Shown here: positions 28,742 through 39,103 of the stretch, one piece after another | Layout of the letters: each line of letters starts with the position of its first letter | Position numbering within the stretch: the first letter of the stretch is position 1 | NCBI GenBank assembly: GCA_051251855.1 | Contig: JBPOGI010000007.1 | Span: 96,001 to 160,000 of the forward strand | Origin: Roseibacillus sp. | Lineage (GTDB): Bacteria > Verrucomicrobiota > Verrucomicrobiia > Verrucomicrobiales > Akkermansiaceae | DNA length: 64,000 nt | Direction: 5' to 3' | Program-made: the position numbers and the translations under genes | The notes under the pieces: generated by a model | What the model was told of the DNA's origin: nothing | The model's input: only the letters and a program-made list of their open reading frames with translations | The model's database searches: none

Positions 28742-30070
28742 GAAAAGGTAGTCAAAGACTCCCTCAGCAGTCGCGACTTTACCTAATTGAGGGCCGATCA
28801 ATATCGGTTGCTCTTCCACACTCACGGAATCACGCCCGTGCGAGCCCTTGACCAGACTGGCATCAAGGGGAATCACATCCAAAAGCCCACGCAGCCCTAA
28901 TTTTTTCTTTGCTAGGAACCCCGCAATCTTAAGCTTCGCAAATCTCAGTTCGGGATCCACGAAAAGTTCCGCAGGGTCATATCCCGGCTTGCGGTGAATA
29001 TCAATCGTGCGCGCAAAGTCCGGCGCGAGCGCATCGTCGAACCAGTAATAGTAGCTAAACCACGCATCAGCCTCAGACATAGCCACCAAGTCCCCTCCCC
29101 GTTCTCCTCCAACCCCTTCCCAGCCCTCTCGAACTTCTTCCACGCCGTCCGTCTTTTCAAGCAGCGAACGCACCTCCCCCTTCAGGGACTGGTCGTTCAA
29201 ATAGACATGAGCCACCTGATGGTCCACCACCGCAAAGACCTTGCTGGCACCACAGTCCAGCTGCTCCAAACCGAGTTCATCCTTAATCGTAATCCACCCT
29301 TGCTCGCGAAAAAGCCGATTCAGGTGCACCACTCGTTTCACCTCTGAGATCCCGTATTCAGAGAGAACGACTACCTCCACACCCCGCCCCTCAAGAAAAG
29401 GAATCAAGTCAGAAAGCAGCGTGTCGGTCGCCTTCATTTCTTCTACTGACTCAGCTGCTTTCGGACCATATTTTTGCAGGCTGTAGTCAAGATGCGGGAG
29501 ATAGACCAAATTCAGATCCGGGCTCTCCCGCTCCTCAATCCACTTTGCCGAATTTGCAATCCAACGCGACGACTCGATCCCTGCCCGAGGCCCCCAAAAA
29601 GCAGGAAAAGGAAAATTCCCCAGCGCCTTCTTCACCTCTTCACGCAAATCAAACGGCTGCGCATAAACATCAAAGACCTTACGCCCATCAGCAGGATACA
29701 TCGGACGAGGAGTCATCGAAAACTCAGCACTTGAATACATGTTATACCACCAAAACCACTTCGCACATCGATAGCCAGGATTCTCGCGACGCAAGCGCTC
29801 CCAGAGTTTCTCTCCCTTAACGAGGTGATTACTCTGCTTCCAAAACTTCACCTCCGCAGCCTCACGGTCGTACCACCCATTCCCGACAATCCCGTGCTCA
29901 TCAACCGACTTCCCCGTGAGATAGCTCGATTGAGCCGTGCAAGTTACCGCCGGAAATACAGGCTTAAACGACGCTCGCTCCCGCCCCTCGGCCCACGACC
30001 TTAGAAACGGCATCTCCTGCAGCTCGCGCTCGCAAAGGCCTACCACATTGAGAACAGCCAATCGTTTCAT
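28706..30070 (-). CDS. Alkaline phosphatase / nucleotide pyrophosphatase family protein (EboF-like)
   Basis: LNVVGL, PAVTCTAQSSYLTG, HGIVGNGWY, WKQSN, YLPHLDY, DIHRKPGYDPAELF, VKGSHG. Confidence 0.85.
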   Translation of the reverse strand: MKRLAVLNVVGLCERELQEMPFLRSWAEGRERASFKPVFPAVTCTAQSSYLTGKSVDEHGIVGNGWYDREAAEVKFWKQSNHLVKGEKLWERLRRENPGYRCAKWFWWYNMYSSAEFSMTPRPMYPADGRKVFDVYAQPFDLREEVKKALGNFPFPAFWGPRAGIESSRWIANSAKWIEERESPDLNLVYLPHLDYSLQKYGPKAAESVEEMKATDTLLSDLIPFLEGRGVEVVVLSEYGISEVKRVVHLNRLFREQGWITIKDELGLEQLDCGASKVFAVVDHQVAHVYLNDQSLKGEVRSLLEKTDGVEEVREGWEGVGGERGGDLVAMSEADAWFSYYYWFDDALAPDFARTIDIHRKPGYDPAELFVDPELRFAKLKIAGFLAKKKLGLRGLLDVIPLDASLVKGSHGRDSVSVEEQPILIGPQLGKVATAEGVFDYLFLRASAREEGKS

Positions 30071-30076
30071 GAGTAT

Positions 30077-31234
30077 CTAAACCAAACTACAGGCCCGCTC
30101 CTTCAACTCCACAATACACTCTTCCAAAGCCTCCTCGCACATCTCATGCACCTCCACTCCTTGGCCGGGACTCCTCAACAGTAAAATAGTCAACTGCCCA
30201 CCCAAATGCTCGCGAAACTCTTCCAGCCCTTCGAAAACTTCCCGACGACCGCTTACATTTCGGGACTCATAAAATTCACTCCATAAGGGCAAGCCCATTT
30301 TCTCCAAGAGAGATAAGACTCGTTCACCATCGGCCATCGAGAGCAGCCCTTTTTTCACCGAGTAAAGGCAATCCAGAGCCAAACCGATTGACACTGCACG
30401 AGCATGACTGAGCTCAAAGTCACTGATTTGTTCCAGCTTATGAGCGGCCCAGTGACCAAAGTCCAAAGGCCGACTGCTGCCTGATTCAAACGGATCCCCG
30501 CCCTGCGCGATGTGGCTCGCATGCAATACCGCCGAGCGCTCTACTGCTTTTTCCAAAGCGGCTTCATCAAGCATTACTAGCTCATCGAGATGAGTTTCTA
30601 ACCAAGAGAAAAATTCCCCATCCTTCACCAACGCTACCTTTACAGCCTCCACCAGTCCATCAAGCCGAACATCAGCTGGCTGAGTGTGCAGAAAATTAAA
30701 ATCGTTCACCACGGCAAAAGGCACCGCAAAGGCTCCCATAAAGTTCTTCTTTCCGTATTTGTTGATACCCGATTTCACCCCCACACCGCTATCGTCCTGC
30801 GAAAGAGTTGTTGTCGGAAAACGAACCAACCTCACCCCACGATGGACCGTTGTCGCAGCATAGCCAATCGCATCTAAGAAGGCTCCACCTCCGATAACAA
30901 AAACGAAAGAATGCCGATCAATACCCGCTCCAGCGATGGCATCACAAGCCTTTTGGTAGACGCTATCGTCTCGCTTGCACTCCTCACCTCCCGGTAAAAC
31001 CAGTAAGCCTCGGAAATCTGTTCTCGGCAGCGTGTTTAGCTTCAGTTCCACCTGAGTGGCCAACTCAGGGAAGACTTCCCTGACTCCTTCTTCGAGAAAC
31101 ACGAAAATCCGGCTCGTCTTTTGGGTTTGCTCACCCAGCAACTCTTCCAAAGTCCTGTTCCCCTCCCCAAAGACGTCCCTCTCGAACACCACTCGGTGCT
31201 CAAAGGTGATCGGAATCTTAAAATCATACCTCAT
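30077..31234 (-). CDS. 3-dehydroquinate synthase-like sugar phosphate cyclase (EboD-like)
   Basis: GGEECK, IDRHS, GGGAFLD, HRGVRLVRFPTTTLSQDDSGVGVK, GDPFESGSSRPLDFGHWAAHKLE, FREHLGG. Confidence 0.88.
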   Translation of the reverse strand: MRYDFKIPITFEHRVVFERDVFGEGNRTLEELLGEQTQKTSRIFVFLEEGVREVFPELATQVELKLNTLPRTDFRGLLVLPGGEECKRDDSVYQKACDAIAGAGIDRHSFVFVIGGGAFLDAIGYAATTVHRGVRLVRFPTTTLSQDDSGVGVKSGINKYGKKNFMGAFAVPFAVVNDFNFLHTQPADVRLDGLVEAVKVALVKDGEFFSWLETHLDELVMLDEAALEKAVERSAVLHASHIAQGGDPFESGSSRPLDFGHWAAHKLEQISDFELSHARAVSIGLALDCLYSVKKGLLSMADGERVLSLLEKMGLPLWSEFYESRNVSGRREVFEGLEEFREHLGGQLTILLLRSPGQGVEVHEMCEEALEECIVELKERACSLV

Positions 31235-31338
31235 TTCGTGCTCTGTAAACTAACCCTCCTACGGAAGCTCGCCAATGAATCTTCGACTTGATTTCACTTT
31301 CGTCCCCGCTTTCTCGGAACTCCAAAGATGCCACATCC

Positions 31339-31941
31339 CTATGGCGTAGGCGTGAATACAGGGCTCGATGCCGACGGAGCCGCAGTGACAGCAAAGACAA
31401 TGAGGGCCACATAGGCGATAATTCCCAAAATCGATAAGACAGTCGCGATGTAGCCAAGAATCAGACCCGTTGTCGCCATTCCTTCACCCGATTGCGGAGT
31501 GGGCGACTCTCGGAACTGTTTTCGGGCCATATGACCACAGATGATAGCTGGAATCCCTGTGAGAAGGCCTGAGCAGAGCACAATACTCAAAATCCCGAGA
31601 ATCATACTCACCAATGCCATCGTATTCTGCTGCACCGGCGCGATCAATTGCGGCGCTGGCTGTGACAATTGACTGACTGCGGGTGCCACATAAGGGTCCG
31701 ACGAATTCGTCGCGACAGCGCTGGCAGCACTACTACTTTCAGCCGAACTCCCTTGACTACCCTCACCAGAAACAGGAACCGGCTCACGCAACTCAAGCAC
31801 CTCTCCCAACGGAGACCACTGCGCCATTCCCTCCCGCCACACAAGCGTTCCATTGGAGAGATCCCCACTTTTCAACCGAGAACGAATATCGTCAGCCTCC
31901 ACAGGACCATGCTGCTCACCATCTTTCGCGTAAAACCACAT
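31339..31941 (-). CDS. GYF_2 plus DUF4190 membrane protein
   Basis: WFY...G.Q.GP, TLVWREGM..W.PL; MALVSMILGI, AIICGHMARKQ, G.GMATTGLILGY. Confidence 0.85.
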   Translation of the reverse strand: MWFYAKDGEQHGPVEADDIRSRLKSGDLSNGTLVWREGMAQWSPLGEVLELREPVPVSGEGSQGSSAESSSAASAVATNSSDPYVAPAVSQLSQPAPQLIAPVQQNTMALVSMILGILSIVLCSGLLTGIPAIICGHMARKQFRESPTPQSGEGMATTGLILGYIATVLSILGIIAYVALIVFAVTAAPSASSPVFTPTP

Positions 31942-32009
31942 ACCCCTGCTATGCCAGAACTCCCCCAATAAATCCAGCGTAGAGAGCGGCTCCAATCAAA
32001 CACACATTG

Positions 32010-32540
32010 CTAGGGAAAAGAGGAGCCTCCCGCTCCTCCCATAATCATCAATACGACAAAGAAAATGCACATACCCCCAAATAACCCCAAGACGATATAA
32101 CCAATAATCAGTCCCGCCAGCGCCATACTATCACCCGTCTGCATATGCGCTCCATCCCGAATTTGCTTACGAGCGATATGCCCGAAAATGACGGCCGGAA
32201 CCGCAAGAATAAAGCCTACCAAACAACCTAAGGTCAGCACCACCGAGCTAATCGCCAAAATCATACTCGTCAGTGCCATTCCATTTTGGACCGGCATCAT
32301 CCCCGTCCCTGGATAGCCCTGCGGAGGCTGGGGCATTCCAATACTCGTAGGAGAATGATTCGCGGGTAAAACTTGGTTCTCTTGAACCAATTCAGCAACG
32401 GTATAGAGAGGCTGCCAGTCCCCCATCCCTTCCCGCCAAACCAAAGTAGATGATGACAATTCCCCATTACGAAGCCTTTGCAGAACCCGCTCAGTCTCTT
32501 CCGGTCCCTGCTGCGTTCCATTCAGTTCGAAATACCACAT
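32010..32540 (-). CDS. GYF_2 plus DUF4190 membrane protein (paralog)
   Basis: WYF...G.QQGP, TLVWREGM.DWQPL; MALTSMIL, AVIFGHIARKQI, MALAGLIIGY. Confidence 0.85.
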   Translation of the reverse strand: MWYFELNGTQQGPEETERVLQRLRNGELSSSTLVWREGMGDWQPLYTVAELVQENQVLPANHSPTSIGMPQPPQGYPGTGMMPVQNGMALTSMILAISSVVLTLGCLVGFILAVPAVIFGHIARKQIRDGAHMQTGDSMALAGLIIGYIVLGLFGGMCIFFVVLMIMGGAGGSSFP

Positions 32541-32656
32541 CCTGCTTTTAATCCTCCCACAAACCCTTGATTCACCACAACCAAAGAGTCTGACGACAAC
32601 GGGGAATGCTCCTTGCAAAAGCTCACACGTTGCACAATATTGCAGAACTAATCACT

Positions 32657-35518
32657 ATGCCGTCCTCCTTTATAAAATTCGCCCTGAAGAGCTCTCTCCT
32701 CATGGCTCTCTCCTTGGCAGCACCTGGCACGGAACCCAATCTCACCATCGGGTTCGAGTCCGTTCTTTCCTGGCCTACCACTAGCGGACGTAGTTATCAG
32801 CTCCAAGGATCCTCGAACTCTGGAGTCTCTTGGACCAACCTCGGTGCAGAACTCGAGGGCGACGATTCTAACCAAATCTACCTCACCTCCCCAGAAGAAG
32901 AATGGACCGGATACCAGGTCCTTGAAACCATCCCCGGCACTCCTGCTCAACCTGCCAGCCCAGTCAACGGGAGCTTCGAAGACGGGAGCGGCACTATCGC
33001 GGACCATTGGAGCACCGGAGCTAACCAACCACCTCAGCGCTCTAACGCCGAAGCTCACACTGGCTCCTACTCCATGCACTCCTCGCTTTCCGTCGCAGAC
33101 GAAGGTCTCATAAGCCAACTCGTAGTGGCTGCAGGTGGCTCAGTTACCGGGGGATCCGGTCATGACTTTTCCTTTTGGGCCAAACAAATCTCCTCCGGTC
33201 CCTCCTACGTGCAACAATACGAAGTCGAGTGGCTCAATTCCTCTAACAATACCGTTGGAAGCTCAGGCTTACGAAGCTTCTCCGGCACCATCGGCAGCTG
33301 GATCGAAATCTCTGAGCCCAACCTCATCGCTCCTACTAGCGCGGTCGAAGCACGCATTCGTTTTCGCTTCGTTACCGGAGCTGTCACCGACGCCGATGGC
33401 GAAATTTTCATCGACGACATCACACTCGGAGAAGGCACCGAAGCAATCCCCGACACCATCAACACTCTTGTGGTGTCTAGCGAACCCGTCTCCATGCTGA
33501 GCTGGGACTCTCAGGCTAACGTCCCTTACCAACCCGTCGCCTCTACCGACCTCAGCAACTGGAGTAATATCGAATCCGAAATCATCGGCGATGGCGGGCC
33601 AAAGAGCTTCTTCGTTCCACTCACCAAGCCTGCCGAATTCTACCGCCTCCACTATCCCGAAGTCGTAGATCCCCTCGAAGGGACCGGCATCGTTTCCCTC
33701 TTCAATGCCAGCACTCCCCTCGAACCTGCCACTACTGTCGACACCCCCACCGCCCTCGTCACCTACATCGGCGACCGTGCTCGCGATCGGCATGCTCGGG
33801 AAGGAAACTTCATGGCCTACGATCATTACCTCTCTTGGTATTGGGAAGAGAGGTCCATGAACATCGAGATTGTGGACGAAGTGGCAAAAGGCGGCACCAC
33901 GGTCACCTTCAACTACACAACCCAAGCACCTCTCGGAGCGGCCGAATTTCGCGCCTTTTTCCGAGGGATTGGCACCGTTGCCGAATACCACCAAAACATG
34001 ATTGCGACCCTCGTGGGTCCAAATCAATACCGTGCGGTTCTCAACCAACAACAACCCGAGCTCCGCCCTATCCAAATCGGTGATCGGATCGAAATCGAAA
34101 TCAGCCAATTTCTCGCTGGCGCTCAAAACGGGCGTAACAACTACTACGGCACCACCATGCTCTACATCGTGGGACAAGGCATTGTTCCTTGGGAAGGAAT
34201 CACCGTCCCCGGGGGGCCGCCTCTCGACTCCTACCCTCTCCCGGAGAACGCATGGCTCGGAGGCCTCACCACCCTGCCCTATCAATACTCCAACGAGCCC
34301 GACAACCGCTTCAAGCAGATGGCGGGCAACTTGGCACCCATTAATACCCAACCCTTTCTATTAGGCCGCCGCCTTCATCACACTAGCTTCGACACCGGCT
34401 CTCACTCCGAACCAGGAAACCCCATTTTCACCGAACACGTGGCCAAACTCGGCAACCAATTCATCAACCGCAGTTGTATTTCTTGCCACACCAATAATGG
34501 TCGCGCTCTCCCACCTGCCATCGGTTCCTCCATGCTACAATCTGTGGTCAAAGTAGGCGACGATGCTAACGGTGCCACACACCCAATCCTCGGCGCGGTC
34601 CTGCAACCACAAAGTAACACCGGAAGCCCCGAAGGCGACGCAACGATCTCCGGTTACACCGTGACTAACGGTCAATATGGAGACGGCACCGCCTACTCCC
34701 TTCGCAAACCTAACTACACCTTCACCGGAACAACTCCGAGCCACTTCTCAGTTCGAGTCGCACCCCAACTCGTTGGACTCGGACTCCTCGAAGCGATCAG
34801 CGAAAGCACCATCCTCTCCCTTGCAGATCCCACCGACGAAAACGGCGACGGGATCAGCGGACGTGTTCAAACCGTCCTCGACACAACTACAGGCGAAACC
34901 CGCCTTGGCCGCTTCACCTCCCGAGCAAGCCAACCACGCCTCGTCGACCAAATTGCGGCAGCACTCAATACCGACATGGGAGTCACCACCTCCTTGGCTC
35001 CCATTCTAGATGGCCAGACCAGCAGCGGGTCACCCGAACTCTCCGACGCTGACCTCGATCTCATGAATCGCTACGTCGCCCTCCTCGGTGTCGGCGCTCG
35101 CCGCGACCTTGATGATGCGCAAGCTCTCGCCGGCGAACAAATCTTTGGAACCGCAGGATGCGCCTCCTGCCACACTCCCACCCACACCACGAGCGCCTTC
35201 CACCCCATGACGGAACTGCGCAATCAGACCATCCACCCCTACACCGACCTCCTCATTCACGATATGGGACCAGGCCTCGCTGATAACATGGGCGAAGAAA
35301 ATGCTTCTGGCTCAGAATGGCGAACCCCTCCCCTCTGGAACATCGGTCTCACAGCAGGAGTCAGTGGCGGCGAAGCCTATCTCCATGACGGGCGCGCCCG
35401 CACCCTCGAAGAAGCCATCCTCTGGCATGGCGGCGAAGCAGAAACCTCCAAGGAAAACTTCCGCACCCTCCCCGCAGCGGACCGCGCCGCTCTCATCAAG
35501 TTCCTCCAGTCCCTTTAA
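32657..35518 (+). CDS. Secreted di-heme oxidoreductase family (DUF1111-like) protein with N-terminal CBM-like domain
   Basis: Two CxxCH (CISCH, CASCH), PQLVGLGLLEAI, DENGDGISGR, PYTDLLIHDMG, WRTPPLW, YLHDGRARTLEEAILWHGGEA; NGSFEDG...IDDITL module. Confidence 0.85.
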   Translation: MPSSFIKFALKSSLLMALSLAAPGTEPNLTIGFESVLSWPTTSGRSYQLQGSSNSGVSWTNLGAELEGDDSNQIYLTSPEEEWTGYQVLETIPGTPAQPASPVNGSFEDGSGTIADHWSTGANQPPQRSNAEAHTGSYSMHSSLSVADEGLISQLVVAAGGSVTGGSGHDFSFWAKQISSGPSYVQQYEVEWLNSSNNTVGSSGLRSFSGTIGSWIEISEPNLIAPTSAVEARIRFRFVTGAVTDADGEIFIDDITLGEGTEAIPDTINTLVVSSEPVSMLSWDSQANVPYQPVASTDLSNWSNIESEIIGDGGPKSFFVPLTKPAEFYRLHYPEVVDPLEGTGIVSLFNASTPLEPATTVDTPTALVTYIGDRARDRHAREGNFMAYDHYLSWYWEERSMNIEIVDEVAKGGTTVTFNYTTQAPLGAAEFRAFFRGIGTVAEYHQNMIATLVGPNQYRAVLNQQQPELRPIQIGDRIEIEISQFLAGAQNGRNNYYGTTMLYIVGQGIVPWEGITVPGGPPLDSYPLPENAWLGGLTTLPYQYSNEPDNRFKQMAGNLAPINTQPFLLGRRLHHTSFDTGSHSEPGNPIFTEHVAKLGNQFINRSCISCHTNNGRALPPAIGSSMLQSVVKVGDDANGATHPILGAVLQPQSNTGSPEGDATISGYTVTNGQYGDGTAYSLRKPNYTFTGTTPSHFSVRVAPQLVGLGLLEAISESTILSLADPTDENGDGISGRVQTVLDTTTGETRLGRFTSRASQPRLVDQIAAALNTDMGVTTSLAPILDGQTSSGSPELSDADLDLMNRYVALLGVGARRDLDDAQALAGEQIFGTAGCASCHTPTHTTSAFHPMTELRNQTIHPYTDLLIHDMGPGLADNMGEENASGSEWRTPPLWNIGLTAGVSGGEAYLHDGRARTLEEAILWHGGEAETSKENFRTLPAADRAALIKFLQSL

Positions 35519-35523
35519 AACAG

Positions 35524-35544
35524 GGAGCCCCAGGCTTCAGCCTG
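35524..35544 (+). repeat. GGAG-type REP-like hairpin
   Basis: GGAG-CCC-CAGGC-TTCA-GCCTG. Confidence 0.45.
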
Positions 35545-35626
35545 AGAATCAACACCTAGAAACGCTTTAGCACGTCCCCCATCAATCACCGGCTAAACAG
35601 CGCGGTCGTTTTTCACTCTGCGTCTT

Positions 35627-36456
35627 GTTCGCCTATTCTAATTCGGACCGACATGCCTAGGGAGTTCATCGCCCCCATTTTTTGGTATCTCTACTTCAGC
35701 AATCATCAAAAGGTCCTCAAGAAAGCTCGCGAGCACCCCGACATCGAGATCGGGTAAATCATAATTTTTGAATTCGTCTGGAAGACGATATTCGGAAGGG
35801 TTCTTCCGAACCTCTTTCTCAAAATCCTCCCGCACAAGCTTCTCAACATATTCAAACGATTCAGGATTTTGAACATCCACCATAGTGTAACCTTCATCGT
35901 TCACAACTTCCAAGACCCAAGTCGTGCCGTCTAGTCCCTCGTAAAGCGGCAGAAGCCGATGATCCAATTTCTTGAACGGATCACGGACTACATGCCATTC
36001 AGCAAGCTTTTCGAAGCCCTTCGCGGCTTTTTTACTCATCGCAATATGACCCGAAAGCTCTACCTCACCTGGCCCGTCGGTAATAACACATCTTCCACTG
36101 AGCCTCGCTACCGAGATTGTTGCTCCAGTCTCACTGCGTCTATATGTCAGGAACAAGGGCTTCGAAAACGAAGGAAATACAGCAGCCCTGAAGGTCACTT
36201 CACCTTTCGCTACTTGAGTTGATTGAAAGGACGGCAAATTTGCCGCTCTATAGTATGGGCCGTAGTATTTCTCTCGCCCTTTCGGAAAATAAGGCCTCCC
36301 CTTTGGGTCAGTAACACTTTCAGCCAATAAGTCCTCATCTCCCTTTTTGGTAGGATTTTCCGCAGAGGGTTTAACACGCTGCGGTTCTCCAGAGACAACT
36401 TGCACAACCACCAAAATCGCAAAAAAGGTGAGGAATTTCATGATATTCTGGCGAAC
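35627..36456 (-). mobile_element. Putative orphan integron-like gene cassette
   Basis: On the coding strand GTTCGCC lies 8 nt before the ATG and its exact complement GGCGAAC lies 4 nt after the stop. Confidence 0.45.
35638..36441 (-). CDS. Hypothetical secreted protein
   Basis: 267-aa ORF with a signal peptide (MKFLTFFAILVVVQVVSG); FPSF..P and LDGTTWVLE motifs; visibly more AT-rich than its neighbours. Confidence 0.7.
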   Translation of the reverse strand: MKFLTFFAILVVVQVVSGEPQRVKPSAENPTKKGDEDLLAESVTDPKGRPYFPKGREKYYGPYYRAANLPSFQSTQVAKGEVTFRAAVFPSFSKPLFLTYRRSETGATISVARLSGRCVITDGPGEVELSGHIAMSKKAAKGFEKLAEWHVVRDPFKKLDHRLLPLYEGLDGTTWVLEVVNDEGYTMVDVQNPESFEYVEKLVREDFEKEVRKNPSEYRLPDEFKNYDLPDLDVGVLASFLEDLLMIAEVEIPKNGGDELPRHVGPN

Positions 36457-36486
36457 GAGCCGCTAACTTCCTAACAGCCAAATATC

Positions 36487-36507
36487 GACGACTCAAGTCG
36501 TCACTCC
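36487..36507 (-). repeat. GGAG-type REP-like hairpin
   Basis: Minus strand GGAG-T-GACGAC-TTGA-GTCGTC. Confidence 0.45.
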
Positions 36508-36517
36508 AGCTAGTCAC

Positions 36518-36880
36518 CTATCCTTCTTCCGTCGATTCACCTGCGGTCGGAATTCTATCGACTTCCTCGAGCAAGTTCACGATATCCACTCCCCGCTCCG
36601 CCGAGACATCATGCCGGAAACTCAAAACAGGTGTGCAACGCAATCTCACACGGTTCGAAACTCTCTTCTGAATCATACCGTGCTTACGCCCCAAAAGCTC
36701 AAGCACAGGCTCAGATTCGCCGCCTAGAATGCCGACCCAGACTTTCGCTTCGCGCAAATCCTTGGTAACTTCAACCGCATTGACCGAAACCAACTGTCCC
36801 TTCCATTCAAAATCCTTCTGAATGATTGCTGATATCTCCCGCTTAAGGAGTTCATCGACACGTTGGAGACGCTGGGACAT
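36518..36880 (-). CDS. rbfA: Ribosome-binding factor A
   Basis: R..RV.ELLKREIS, VEVTKDLREAKVWV, LRCTPVLSF.HD.S.ERG; directly downstream of infB. Confidence 0.93.
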   Translation of the reverse strand: MSQRLQRVDELLKREISAIIQKDFEWKGQLVSVNAVEVTKDLREAKVWVGILGGESEPVLELLGRKHGMIQKRVSNRVRLRCTPVLSFRHDVSAERGVDIVNLLEEVDRIPTAGESTEEG

Positions 36881-36921
36881 AAAAGTAAGTTAAACTCGAA
36901 TCAGAAAAGACGCAACCGAAC

Positions 36922-39060
36922 CTATAGTTCGACCGGAATACTCTCTAGGGTGTAACACTGGATAATATCGCCTTCTTCGTAGTCGTTGAAGTTGCCCAAA
37001 CGAATACCACACTCGATACCCTGCTTGACCTCGCTCACCTCATCTTGGAAGCGACGCAAAGTCGACATCTTGCCATCGAAGACAGGAGTTCTGCCACGAA
37101 GGACACGTGCATGCGCATTGCGGGACACCTTGCCCTTTGCTATGACACAACCAGCGGCTTTGCCTTTCTTCACCTTGAAGACCTGCTTCACCTCGGCATG
37201 ACCAAGAATGTTTTCCCGCTTCTCTGGAACCAACAATCCAAGCATCGCATCGCGCACCTGATCGAGGAGTTCGTAAATCACAGAGAAGAGCTTAATTTGC
37301 ACTCCCTCAGACTTGGCTGCTTTCACAGCCTTTCCCTCCACCTTAGTATTGAAACCAAGAACCACCGCATCGGAAGAACTGGCGAGAAGAATATCGGATT
37401 CACTGATGGCTCCGGTAGCGGCATGAAGAAACTTCACGTCCACCTTTTCGGATTCAATGTCGCCGACTGCTTGCTGGATCGCTTGTACCGAACCCTGCAC
37501 ATCAGCGCGTAGAATGAGATTGAGCGTAGTCTTCTGACCCGTCTCAACGAAAGAAAGCATGTCTTCCATGCGGCTCTTCTTAGGACGAACGAGGCGAGCC
37601 TCGCGGCGCTCATGTTGACGCTCTTCGCCCAACTTCTTAGCTGCGCGTTCGGTCTCCATGATGACGAGTTCATCACCTACATGAGGTGAGTCGGAGAAAC
37701 CAAGAACCTCGATCGGGTAACCCGGAGGTACTTCCTTAACCTGTTCGCCACGGTCATTGATGAGACCTTTGATTTTTCCTGAGAAAGGACCGCAAATGAA
37801 CGGCTTGCCGACTTTGAGTGTTCCATTCTCGACAATGACGCTAGCTGTCGCCCCCTTACCCGCTTGGATACGAGACTCGATGACAATCGCGCGGCCATTT
37901 GCCTTCGGATTGGCCTTCAGCTCCAAGACCTCCGCCTGCAAGGCCATGAGTTCAAGCAATTCATCCATGCCATCACCAGTAACAGCGGATACCTCAAGAC
38001 ACTCAATATCACCACCAAAGTCAGTCGGGGTGAGTTCGTGCTCCATCAGTTGCGTCTTCACCCGAGTCGGGTCTGCAGCGGGAAGGTCGCACTTATTGAT
38101 CGCGACGATGATCGTCTTATTAGCAGCCTTGGCGTGGCTAATCGCCTCCTTGGTCTGAGGCATGATGCCGTCATCAGCCGCAATCACGAGAACGATAATG
38201 TCGGTGACATCTGCTCCCCGCGCTCGCATCGCCGAGAAGACAGCGTGGCCAGGGGTATCGATGAAGGTTACCGGACGGTCACCGTGGTCCACTTGGTAAG
38301 CGCCCACATGCTGAGTGATTCCACCCGCTTCGCCGGAAGTTACTTTCGACTTACGAAGATAATCTAAGAGAGAAGTCTTACCATGATCGACATGACCCAT
38401 GAAGGTGATAATGGGAGCACGAAGAACCATCTTGTCCTCCGGCTCTTCAATCTCAGGCTCGGGCTCCTCAATAACTTCCTCAACCTTATGAACTCCCCCG
38501 CCTTTTTCGCGCTTCTCGCGCTCGAAGACAAAGCCATGAACCTCACAAACTTTTTCCGCAATCTCAGGCTCAATCGCCTGCTTGGGACTCACAAAAATTT
38601 CCAGAGCAATGAGATCTTTCATGATCTCAAAGCCTTTCAGACCCATACGCGCAGCGAGGTCTTCCACAATAATGGGCGGCTTAAGGCTAATAGTCTTGCC
38701 GTCATCACCTTCTTCACTGGCAGTGTCGTCGCCTTCGCCATCAGCTGGAGGTGCTACTGAACTAGCCTCATCGAGAGAGACCAACTCACCATCTTCTTCC
38801 TTGATTTTAGAAATGGGGGCCAAGACATCCTTTCCTGATCTCTTGGTCTTTTTAATGGCAGACTTGGGAGCCGCATCGTCTTCAATTCCCAGATCGAGAG
38901 CCGCTTTCTTTTGTTTCGCGACCGTTGGTTCAGAGGCCTCGACAGCCGCCTGCTTGTCACGCTGCTTCTCGCGGCGTGACTTCTTAGGTGCTTGATCCTC
39001 GTCTAAGAGGCTCAGCACTTTTTTCTTCTTCTCGTCCTTCGATTTTCCGTCTTCTGCCAT
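36922..39060 (-). CDS. infB: Translation initiation factor IF-2
   Basis: [52 protein letters not shown]. Confidence 0.98.
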   Translation of the reverse strand: MAEDGKSKDEKKKKVLSLLDEDQAPKKSRREKQRDKQAAVEASEPTVAKQKKAALDLGIEDDAAPKSAIKKTKRSGKDVLAPISKIKEEDGELVSLDEASSVAPPADGEGDDTASEEGDDGKTISLKPPIIVEDLAARMGLKGFEIMKDLIALEIFVSPKQAIEPEIAEKVCEVHGFVFEREKREKGGGVHKVEEVIEEPEPEIEEPEDKMVLRAPIITFMGHVDHGKTSLLDYLRKSKVTSGEAGGITQHVGAYQVDHGDRPVTFIDTPGHAVFSAMRARGADVTDIIVLVIAADDGIMPQTKEAISHAKAANKTIIVAINKCDLPAADPTRVKTQLMEHELTPTDFGGDIECLEVSAVTGDGMDELLELMALQAEVLELKANPKANGRAIVIESRIQAGKGATASVIVENGTLKVGKPFICGPFSGKIKGLINDRGEQVKEVPPGYPIEVLGFSDSPHVGDELVIMETERAAKKLGEERQHERREARLVRPKKSRMEDMLSFVETGQKTTLNLILRADVQGSVQAIQQAVGDIESEKVDVKFLHAATGAISESDILLASSSDAVVLGFNTKVEGKAVKAAKSEGVQIKLFSVIYELLDQVRDAMLGLLVPEKRENILGHAEVKQVFKVKKGKAAGCVIAKGKVSRNAHARVLRGRTPVFDGKMSTLRRFQDEVSEVKQGIECGIRLGNFNDYEEGDIIQCYTLESIPVEL

Positions 39061-39103
39061 GCAATCGTTCCTTCGTTTTCACCGGTCGTCCCCAGATTTA
39101 TGT

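Noticed and set aside
32629..32646. Near-palindrome TGCACAATATTGCA upstream of the di-heme gene as an NtrC box
   Set aside because: Spacing does not match TGCAC-N7-GTGCA and no sigma-54 promoter is seen; it could still be an operator but is unsupported.
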